Shown here piece after piece: positions 35,563-43,657 of a stretch of 64,000 nucleotides of DNA. Both the position numbers and the translations under genes were made by a program. The notes beneath the pieces were generated by a model that saw only the letters and a program-made list of their open reading frames with translations, did not search any database and was not told where the DNA came from. The stretch is from Candidatus Latescibacterota bacterium (GTDB lineage Bacteria; Latescibacterota; UBA2968; UBA8231). Where the stretch lies: the NCBI GenBank assembly GCA_965215195.1, contig CBDCDC010000002.1, positions 2,944,001 through 3,008,000 on the forward strand, in the 5' to 3' direction. The stretch's first letter is position 1, and each line of letters begins with the position of its first letter.

Positions 35563-37233
35563 ATGAAAAGTGAAATAGTACGCTCAGGCGTTCTCATCCT
35601 AGGGCTGTCGCTTCCCAGTGCGGCCCAAGACGATCTGGTGCTAGCTCATATAGGCGACCAACCCATCGCCGTCCGCGAATTTAGAGCCTATGCTGCGAAC
35701 ATTCCCCAAGCCTACCAGATGGGCAAGACCGGCACCGAGGCCGACCGGATATTGCTCAATGGACTGATCGACAAAAAACTATTGCTCGCCGAAGCGGAAC
35801 GAGCCGGCATTGGCGACGAACCGGAGTTTAAGCGCAAGCTCGAGCAGTTCGCCGAGGATCAGATCGTCCGGCTCTACAAAAGCAGCGAAATTGATCAGCA
35901 GGTCTCCATTGCCGAAGAGGAGTTGATGCAGCACTACCGGGATTCGCACCGGGATCGCGCGCTGCGCTATGCGGGCATTTTGGTAGCGACCCGAGACGAG
36001 GCCCTCGAACTGCTTGACGAACTAGAGGGTGGCGCTGATTTCCGCCAACTGGCCAAAGAGCACTCGCTCTACGAGGCGACGCGGGACCAAGGCGGGGATG
36101 TGGGGAAGTACTATACTATCGACGATACGGCTCCACCGCTCCGAAGTATCTTTTCCATGCAGGTCGGCGAGGTTTCCGAGCCGCTGCCGTGGGGCGGCGA
36201 CCCGCAGCGCTGGGTGATCGTCAAGGTTTTAGACGACGCGCCGGTGGCCTTGCGGGAGGTAGCCCAGTTCGTCCGGGAGGAAGTTTTCGCCCAAAAGCGG
36301 CTGCGGCGCACCCAAGCCCTGCGCGATTCGCTCAACGGCCAGTACGCGCCGCAAATTCACTACGACAAGATAGACCACGTGCTGATGCGTCTGGCACTAT
36401 CGCCCGCAGAGCGGGGGGCGTCGCCCGAGGGGGGCGAAGAGGTTTTGTGCCGCTATAAAGGGGGTACGCTTACGGTTGACGATCTCGTCTTGGGCGTACC
36501 GGAGAAGGAAGAGGGTTATTCGCGCAATTACGAGCGAAACTGGATCGTCGATTATCTACAGGATGTGGCCATCCCCAATCGGATATTTTTGGCAGAGACC
36601 CGCGGCAAGGGACTGGACAAACATCAGATGATCCTCGCGGCGGTGGCCAACAAGCGCGGCGATATGCTGGTGAGCGCGTTGAGAAAGCGCGAGGTTGAGG
36701 AGCGGCTGCCGCCGGTCACCGATGCAGAGGCGCGGGCCTTTTACGATCAAAATCCCGAGAAGTTTCAGGGCTTTGAGAACATTGTCGCGACCGAGATTCT
36801 GGTGGCCTTTAAGGAGCAGGCCCACAGTCTGCAAGCGGAGTTGGCCGGAGGTGCCGACGCGATGCAGTTGGCTAGGGACTATACGATTCGCAAGGAGCGG
36901 GCGCACCACGAGGGGCGGTTGGTCTTGAGTCCGGTGGGGCTGTACCAAGATCTCTACAAAGTAGCCAAGGATCTGCAGGTGGGAGATGTGGGGGGACCGG
37001 TAAAGGTGAGAGGGGGATATTCGGTGTTCAAGGTGGAGGAGAAGCAACCACCCCCGAAGAAGCCCTACCACATTTTTTCGCAGCGGCGGGCGCGGGCTTA
37101 TGTGCAAATTGCCCGGTCGCAAAAGGCGTACGTGGAGTACGTGCGCGGGTTGCACGAGAAGTACTCGGTCGAGATTTTCGAGGAGAATTTGTTGAAAATT
37201 CGAGAAGAGGAGGAAGCCGTGAAGGGGGGATGA
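35563..37233 (+). CDS. Periplasmic parvulin/PpiC-type peptidyl-prolyl isomerase chaperone (SurA/PrsA-like, two modules)
   Basis: LIDKKLLLAEA, GADFRQLAKEHS...GGDVG, QVGEVSEP; second module LQVGDVGGPVKVRGGYSVFKV. Confidence 0.88.
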   Translation: MKSEIVRSGVLILGLSLPSAAQDDLVLAHIGDQPIAVREFRAYAANIPQAYQMGKTGTEADRILLNGLIDKKLLLAEAERAGIGDEPEFKRKLEQFAEDQIVRLYKSSEIDQQVSIAEEELMQHYRDSHRDRALRYAGILVATRDEALELLDELEGGADFRQLAKEHSLYEATRDQGGDVGKYYTIDDTAPPLRSIFSMQVGEVSEPLPWGGDPQRWVIVKVLDDAPVALREVAQFVREEVFAQKRLRRTQALRDSLNGQYAPQIHYDKIDHVLMRLALSPAERGASPEGGEEVLCRYKGGTLTVDDLVLGVPEKEEGYSRNYERNWIVDYLQDVAIPNRIFLAETRGKGLDKHQMILAAVANKRGDMLVSALRKREVEERLPPVTDAEARAFYDQNPEKFQGFENIVATEILVAFKEQAHSLQAELAGGADAMQLARDYTIRKERAHHEGRLVLSPVGLYQDLYKVAKDLQVGDVGGPVKVRGGYSVFKVEEKQPPPKKPYHIFSQRRARAYVQIARSQKAYVEYVRGLHEKYSVEIFEENLLKIREEEEAVKGG

Positions 37234-38261
37234 GCATGACTAGTTGGAGATTGGGTTTGGGGGTATCGGTCTTGGGGGTCGCCTTTTGGGTCGGCTGTCA
37301 GGGGCCTGAAGAGCCGCTAGCTGTTGGTGGGACTGGGGCGATAGCTATTGGGTCTCAGGAGGAGTTAGAGGCTTGGGCGGGGGCGCAAAAGAGAGCCTTT
37401 GTGCTGCGGGGAGCGCTTTTATTGGAGGATGCGTACTTGAGCAGTATGGAGGCACTGCACAATCTGGTCGGCGTAGAGGGAGATTTAATCATTCGGCACA
37501 ATGGGACGCTGACGGACCTGAAGGGGCTGCACAATCTCAGCTACGTAGAGGGGAATTTCCACCTTATTGCCAATGGATTGATTGCACTAGAGGGGCTAGA
37601 ACAGCTAGAGCGCGTGGGGGGAAATTTCGAGATTAGCTGCAATTTTTTGCTGCGGGATTTGGATGGGCTTAAGGGTCTCAGGCGCGTCGGCGGTCATCTC
37701 TTTGTCGATGCCACGACCGAGCTGATGCACATTGATGGTCTGCGCGAGCTGACCCACGTGGGGGGCAACATCAAGATCAGGGACAACAAGGCCCTGCGGG
37801 ATCTAAAGGGGTTGGGCAGCCTCTCCGCGGTAGAGGACGAGTTGCTGCTCATATTCAATGGTGCGCTAAACGACCTGCGGGGTTTGGACGGGATTGCGAC
37901 TATTAAGGGCGGGTTGACCATTGATGGACATCCCGCTCTCAAGAGCTTGGAGGGGTTGAATGCGCTGGAGGAGGTCGGAGGTGCTTTGAGCATAAACAGC
38001 AACCAAGCCTTGCAAGCCCTAAATGGGCTGAACAACCTCAGGCAGGTGGGTAAAAGCCTCTACATTGGCGGCAACCCCCTCCTGAGCAACTTGGACGGGC
38101 TGGCCAAGTTGGACCAGATCGGCACTAGCGAGCGGGACTTGATGATTGTGGAATTGAACCCCTCGCTGCCCATGAGCGCTGGGTACGAACTAGCCGAGCG
38201 ACTCGGATTGGCCGCGCATCAGTTCATCGTCTTCGACAATTTGCCGGCTAGTGCGCCGTAA
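37230..38261 (+). CDS. Receptor-L-domain/LRR-like repeat lipoprotein
   Basis: Lipobox FWVGC; 25-aa repeats of LxGLxxLxxVGGxLxIxxNxxL. ATGA overlap with the PPIase gene. Confidence 0.85.
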   Translation: MSMTSWRLGLGVSVLGVAFWVGCQGPEEPLAVGGTGAIAIGSQEELEAWAGAQKRAFVLRGALLLEDAYLSSMEALHNLVGVEGDLIIRHNGTLTDLKGLHNLSYVEGNFHLIANGLIALEGLEQLERVGGNFEISCNFLLRDLDGLKGLRRVGGHLFVDATTELMHIDGLRELTHVGGNIKIRDNKALRDLKGLGSLSAVEDELLLIFNGALNDLRGLDGIATIKGGLTIDGHPALKSLEGLNALEEVGGALSINSNQALQALNGLNNLRQVGKSLYIGGNPLLSNLDGLAKLDQIGTSERDLMIVELNPSLPMSAGYELAERLGLAAHQFIVFDNLPASAP

Positions 38262-39957
38262 GCTGCACTCCATACTCGGCCGCTTCCACCCCGGCAGATC
38301 GGTCCTGTGCTCTCTACTCGCCATCTTTGTCTGCTATGTAGCCGCCCTCTGCGTCCTCGAAAAACGCGGCTTTTGGATTACCGATAATGCCAACAAGTTC
38401 CTCCAAGTCCAAGCCTTAGCCAACAGCCGCTACACGGACTTTTCCATCCCTTGGCCGGGGCAAATCGTCGACCCCGATTTCGCTTACAATCCCCTGCCCT
38501 ACTATTTCACGCGCGTCGAGTCCGGCAAACTCTATTCGATCTTCTCGCCGGTCTTCGCCCTTATCTCCGCCCTTTTCTTTAGCTATTTAGGCCATTGGGG
38601 TCTTTATCTGTTGCCGGCGCTGTCTTCGCTGGCCATGCTGGCCGGCTTGGCCCAACTGGCGCGTTTGGTCTCTCAGCGAATTGCGGTGGCGCACGTCGCC
38701 GTCCTCACGACTGGACTCTGTACGCCGGTATTCTTCTACAGTCTCGTCTTCTGGGAACACACTCCGGCGATTTGCTTGGGGATTTGGAGCGTGCGCTATC
38801 TGTCGCAGTTTCTCGCAGACGCCGTCTCCAAGCACCTATGCTTGGGCATGGTCGCGGCCGGATTATCGGTCTATTTCAGAGACGAGTTCTATTTGCTTTG
38901 CCTAGTACTGGCCCTGTGTACCGCCTTTTACGCCAGCGGAGGCAGATTGAAAATCCTCGTCGCGTCGGCCCTGCTCCTCTGCGTTTCCCTCCTGCCACTC
39001 TGGCTCTTCCAATGGCTGACCATCGGCCATCCCTTGGGATACCATTTGAATACGCACCTATCCACTGCAGCCGACTGGGTCCACCATCTCGAGGTGCGGC
39101 CGCGGGTATTCTACAACCTCTTCATAGCGTCCAATCCTATTCCCGCGCTCTCCCTCGTCCTCGCCCTTCCATTGGTCCTCGCCTTTGTCGTCAGCCCGCG
39201 CCTTGCTCCCGCGGTCTGGCAAAAGGCCGTGCCCATATATAGTGCCTTGGCCTTGATAAGCGCCGGTGTATCCCTCGGGGGCTACTTCTTCTACGCCAGC
39301 CCCATTGACTACATGCTCAAATCGTCCAATGCCCTCTTTGTCTCGGCCCCTTTTGTAGCCCTAGCCTTCTTGCGTTCCGCCGATTCTGACGCTTTTCCTT
39401 TTAGACGCTGGATTTGGCTGGTCGCCCTGAGCTTTGCCGCACTCTACGCTTTGGCCGCGCCCAAGGTGGGTTCCATGGGCATTCACTGGGGCAACCGCTA
39501 CCTCCTAATCCTCTACCCGCTCTTCGCGGTTTTAGCGGCCGAAAACTTGATTGACTGGCTAGGACGCCAGCGGGCCTACTTCAGCGTAGGCGTCCTCGCT
39601 GTGGGGCTCAGCTTTGCCGCCCAAGTGTATGGAGTTTCGCTTCTCGCGCAGAAGAAAGCCTTCTCCTATCGCCTCAACAGCGCGATGCGCCAGCGCAGCG
39701 AAGAGGTCGTCATCACCAACCTGCGCTGGGTTCCCCACGCCTTGTGCAGCGAATTTTACCAAAGGCCCTTCTTCTACGTCGCCACCCCCAGACACTACGA
39801 GCGCCTGTTGCAACGCCTTTCAGACCGGGGGTACAAGTCCTATATTTTTCTCGCCCAGCACCGCGGCGGCCCTCTACAACCCACTGTCGAAGTAGAAGAC
39901 GGCCCCTTGAATTACTTCGCTCTCCAGTTCTTTGCTGAAAAAATTCCCGCTCCTTAG
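38251..39957 (+). CDS. Polytopic membrane protein, probable GT-C fold glycosyltransferase
   Basis: About 12 TM helices; acidic first loop ITDNANKFLQ; FYSLVFWEHT, FRDE, HWGNRYLL. Confidence 0.65.
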   Translation: MRRKLHSILGRFHPGRSVLCSLLAIFVCYVAALCVLEKRGFWITDNANKFLQVQALANSRYTDFSIPWPGQIVDPDFAYNPLPYYFTRVESGKLYSIFSPVFALISALFFSYLGHWGLYLLPALSSLAMLAGLAQLARLVSQRIAVAHVAVLTTGLCTPVFFYSLVFWEHTPAICLGIWSVRYLSQFLADAVSKHLCLGMVAAGLSVYFRDEFYLLCLVLALCTAFYASGGRLKILVASALLLCVSLLPLWLFQWLTIGHPLGYHLNTHLSTAADWVHHLEVRPRVFYNLFIASNPIPALSLVLALPLVLAFVVSPRLAPAVWQKAVPIYSALALISAGVSLGGYFFYASPIDYMLKSSNALFVSAPFVALAFLRSADSDAFPFRRWIWLVALSFAALYALAAPKVGSMGIHWGNRYLLILYPLFAVLAAENLIDWLGRQRAYFSVGVLAVGLSFAAQVYGVSLLAQKKAFSYRLNSAMRQRSEEVVITNLRWVPHALCSEFYQRPFFYVATPRHYERLLQRLSDRGYKSYIFLAQHRGGPLQPTVEVEDGPLNYFALQFFAEKIPAP

Positions 39958-39992
39958 GCTATGGCGGTCACACGGCTCTCGCAGCAAAAGCG

Positions 39993-41636
39993 ATGTACGC
40001 GCTAGCAAACGGGGTCTTCATTCTCCTGTGTGCGGCCCTCCTATCAGCCCAACCCCTACCCACTCAGTTCACCGATCAAGCCGCCGCACTCGGCATCACT
40101 GCGCTGAACGTCTCGGGCAGCACCCAAGAATACATCGTTGAAACCGCTGTGGGGGGCACGGCCTTTTTCGACTACGACAGCGATGGCGACGTCGATCTGT
40201 ACGTGGCCAATGGCTCCCGCTTTGAAGGCTTTCCGCCGGGCCAAGAGCCGACCAATCACCTCTACCGCAACGAGGGGGATCGCTTTGTCGACATTACTGC
40301 CGCGGCCGGGGTGGGCGACACGAGTTGGTCCATGGGCTGTGCGGCCGCAGACTACGACAACGATGGCGATCTGGACTTGTACGTGACCAACTACGGCCGC
40401 AATACCTTCTACCAGAATCGGGGCGATGGCGCGTTTGAGGATGTTACTGAAAGAGCTGGCGTCGGGGACAAAAGATGGGGCGTTGGCTGCGCTTTCGGCG
40501 ATGCCGATCTAGACGGCTACGTCGATCTGTACGTGGCCAATTATATCGACTTTTCGCGGGACTATCCTTCCACCGTCCCCTGCGTGTGGAAGACCGTCGA
40601 TATTTTTTGCGGTCCTCGCGGCTTGCTTCCCGCCGGCGATGTATTTTACCACAACAGCGGCGACGGCACCTTGGCCGACCGCAGCGAGGAAGCCGGCATT
40701 GCCGGCGCAAAGTACTATGGGTATGGGGTCGTCTTTGGCGATTTCGACCGCAATGGCTGGCCCGACATTTTCGTGGCCAACGACTCGGCCCCCAACAATC
40801 TGTACCAGAACCAAGGCAACGGCACCTTTGTCGATGAGGGCCTCAGTGCGGGCGTGGCCTATAGCGGCGACGGCACCGAACAGGGCTGCATGGGCGCGGC
40901 GGTCGGCGATTACGACAACGACGGCTACTTTGACATTTTCGTCACCAATTTTGAAGGCGAGTACAACACCCTCTACAAAAATCAGGGCGGTGGATTTTTC
41001 CTCGACGTATCCTTCGTATCCCGCATTGCAGCGCGAGGCATTCCCGAGGTGGGGTGGGGTGCAGGGTTCTTCGACGTTGACAACGACGGCGACCAAGACC
41101 TCTTCGCGGCCAATGGCCACACCTATCCCCAAGCCGACTTGCCCCACACCAATAGCAGTTATGCCGCGCCAAACTTCCTCTACCAAAACTTGGGCGACGG
41201 CACCTTTGCCGAGGTTTCTGCACGCGCCGGCCCGGGTTTTGCCCTAGTTGAGGTGAGCCGCGGTGCCAGCTTTGCCGACTACGACCGCGATGGCGATATC
41301 GACCTCTTCGTCTTAAACCTCAACAGTACGCCCAACCTCCTGCGCAACGAGGGCGGCAACGCGGGCAACTACCTGCAAATCGCCACCGTAGGCACCCGCA
41401 GCAACCGCGACGGAATCGGCACCCGGATCGAAATAAGCGCCGAGGGTAAGCGCCAGACCGCCGAGGTGCGCAGCGGCACCAGCTTCCTATCCCACAGCGA
41501 CCTCAAAGTGCATTTTGGCTTGGGCACGGCCTCCAGCGTCGAAAGCGTCGTCCTCCACTGGCCCAGTGGCGCGGTCCAGACTCTGCGCGATGTGGCGGCT
41601 AATCAGGTGCTGACCGTGCGCGAGCCGGCCGATTAG
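39993..41636 (+). CDS. CRTAC1-family protein
   Basis: Signal peptide; DYDSDGDVDL-type repeats; GTRSNRDGIG...SGTSFLSHSD...HFGLG...HWPSG. Confidence 0.92.
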   Translation: MYALANGVFILLCAALLSAQPLPTQFTDQAAALGITALNVSGSTQEYIVETAVGGTAFFDYDSDGDVDLYVANGSRFEGFPPGQEPTNHLYRNEGDRFVDITAAAGVGDTSWSMGCAAADYDNDGDLDLYVTNYGRNTFYQNRGDGAFEDVTERAGVGDKRWGVGCAFGDADLDGYVDLYVANYIDFSRDYPSTVPCVWKTVDIFCGPRGLLPAGDVFYHNSGDGTLADRSEEAGIAGAKYYGYGVVFGDFDRNGWPDIFVANDSAPNNLYQNQGNGTFVDEGLSAGVAYSGDGTEQGCMGAAVGDYDNDGYFDIFVTNFEGEYNTLYKNQGGGFFLDVSFVSRIAARGIPEVGWGAGFFDVDNDGDQDLFAANGHTYPQADLPHTNSSYAAPNFLYQNLGDGTFAEVSARAGPGFALVEVSRGASFADYDRDGDIDLFVLNLNSTPNLLRNEGGNAGNYLQIATVGTRSNRDGIGTRIEISAEGKRQTAEVRSGTSFLSHSDLKVHFGLGTASSVESVVLHWPSGAVQTLRDVAANQVLTVREPAD

Positions 41637-41703
41637 GAACTGACGCTACGCAGCGTTCAGGCGTTGGTGCTCCTTGATTGCAGGGAATAACGATCGTTAT
41701 TCC

Positions 41704-43653
41704 CTACCACCGCGTCACCACCGCATCCCACCCTGCAATCAGATCTACTGCCATCCACGCGCCCGCGCTGCTGACTTGGCCCAACACCATGCCTAAAAAA
41801 AAGGGCCGCAGCCGGCGAAAGAGTGGGACCCCTCCGTACTTCAATACGATCCATTTCGCCAGCCAGCCCAATGCCATACTCGACCAAGCGAAGAACATCA
41901 CATAGGTCCCCCCCACCGGCAGGCCGATTGGGTGGATGGGCCACCACAAGAAGCGGTGGCGCAGGTACAACAACAAAAACATCAGCCCGGCCCCCAAGCC
42001 GGTGAACGCGCCCCGCGGCCCCCAGAAATTCCACTCGGCCACCGGATTGAGCTGATTCGCCGCTATGTCGTTAAACGTCCAGCGGCCCATAATGCTGTAA
42101 AACCAGTAGTGGAGATTGACCCCGCCGTAGGTGTAGGCGATGGAAAGTACCGTCCAAGCCGAGGCGACCAAACTCACGGCAATGGCTATGAGCAAAGCCC
42201 AAAAGAGCGGTGGTCGGCGCGTCCCGACGACCTCGGCCAGCCGGGTGCTGTTGGAAGCTGCCGCCATAACGGTCGTGCGAATGTCCCCGGCCCAGCCGTT
42301 GGCAAACCCGAGCACCATCAAGCCTCGCGGCCCAATGGGTGCCGTGCCCAGCGCGTTGAGCGCAAAGGCTGTCGGCGTCATCTGCGCCCGGCCATACCCC
42401 ATGCCCCCTTCGGCGACGATCCGCGTCAAACCGACGAATACCACAAAGGCGATAACGAGCAACAGCAGTGCCGCCCCCACGGGCAATCCCGCGCTTTTCA
42501 ACCAGAGGACCGCGTAGAGGAAGGCCCCTAGCAGGAGCCACACCGCCTTGCGGTAGGAGAGCATCTGCCCGCTGTCCGCTCCCGCTTCCCGCTTTTTCCA
42601 CGCCCCGGCGACGACTTCTTTGAGATGCCGCCGGGCAGTCCACAAGCTGGCCGCCACGAGGGCGATCAACGCTCCCATGGCTTGCTGGGCAGTAGCGATG
42701 GACCCTTCGGTGTGCATCAGCCGGATCTCTGGAATGCTGAATCCGATGGTGTTGAAAAGGCCCAACTGGAAGAAATTGAGCAAGTAGAAAAACCACAGAC
42801 TAAAGGAGACCTCCAGACTCAGGAAGTACGTCAGGCCCAAGACGATAAACCACAAGTTGAGCAAGACGCCCCGCATGTCGTGGAAGACGGTCAATTGGGT
42901 TGACAACTGGATGGGAGGAACAAAGGGATAGTACTTGTGCAGGGCATTGATCCCCAATAGGACGAAGGGAATGGCAAACCCCAACCACATCAGGGGTTCC
43001 TTCAGAAAGGGATTGACCGCCGAGGGTCTGTCGTCCTCGTGGATCATGTACAGCGGCAACTGCACGAGCGGAAAGATCAAGCGCTCGTTGCGGGCCCATT
43101 GTTCGTGGAGCAGGGCCGACAGGGCGATCATCATCAAGTAGAGTGCCGCCAAAAAAGAAGCCCACGCCAACAAGGGCCCCAACCACGCGCCCCAAGGAAC
43201 GGCCACGCCTTGGGGCAACCCTTCGTAGAAGTACTTGACCGCCAGCGGGTCTTGTGGCGCCAGCCACGGCTGGATGTAGGGGTGGAGTAGCTCGGCCCAG
43301 TTGTTTTCGGGCGTGGCATAGTAATAGACCCCGGCCAAGAAGGGGACCAATTGAGCCGTGACCCCGGTGGAGGGAATGGCCGAAGCCGCGACCATCATGG
43401 CGTAGATCACCACTAGTTCCCGGGCCGATAGGCTCCATTTGCGCCCGATCCACTTGAGCGGAATGTTGACCAACAGCAGGAGAAAGAGGAGGAAAATCGC
43501 GCTCAGGGCGATGAAGTCCCCGGTCCAATCGAGAGTACCCATCACCAGCAGGCCATAGGGAAAAACCGCGTTGATCACCGCGGCCAGCAAAGTGCCGACG
43601 AGCAGGGCGCGATACGGCATCCATCCTTTGTCCTTGGCGACGAATTGGCTCAT
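41704..43653 (-). CDS. DUF6785/DUF6784-type polytopic membrane protein (putative transporter)
   Basis: YYATPENNW, QWARNERLIFPLVQLP, TRIVAEGG, WWPIHPIG, LRPFFLG. Family assigned from motif recall. Confidence 0.75.
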   Translation of the reverse strand: MSQFVAKDKGWMPYRALLVGTLLAAVINAVFPYGLLVMGTLDWTGDFIALSAIFLLFLLLLVNIPLKWIGRKWSLSARELVVIYAMMVAASAIPSTGVTAQLVPFLAGVYYYATPENNWAELLHPYIQPWLAPQDPLAVKYFYEGLPQGVAVPWGAWLGPLLAWASFLAALYLMMIALSALLHEQWARNERLIFPLVQLPLYMIHEDDRPSAVNPFLKEPLMWLGFAIPFVLLGINALHKYYPFVPPIQLSTQLTVFHDMRGVLLNLWFIVLGLTYFLSLEVSFSLWFFYLLNFFQLGLFNTIGFSIPEIRLMHTEGSIATAQQAMGALIALVAASLWTARRHLKEVVAGAWKKREAGADSGQMLSYRKAVWLLLGAFLYAVLWLKSAGLPVGAALLLLVIAFVVFVGLTRIVAEGGMGYGRAQMTPTAFALNALGTAPIGPRGLMVLGFANGWAGDIRTTVMAAASNSTRLAEVVGTRRPPLFWALLIAIAVSLVASAWTVLSIAYTYGGVNLHYWFYSIMGRWTFNDIAANQLNPVAEWNFWGPRGAFTGLGAGLMFLLLYLRHRFLWWPIHPIGLPVGGTYVMFFAWSSMALGWLAKWIVLKYGGVPLFRRLRPFFLGMVLGQVSSAGAWMAVDLIAGWDAVVTRW

Positions 43654-43657
43654 ACCC

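Noticed and set aside
41640-41660. Small hairpin between convergent genes
   Set aside because: Bulged short stem with no U tract; too weak to call a terminator.
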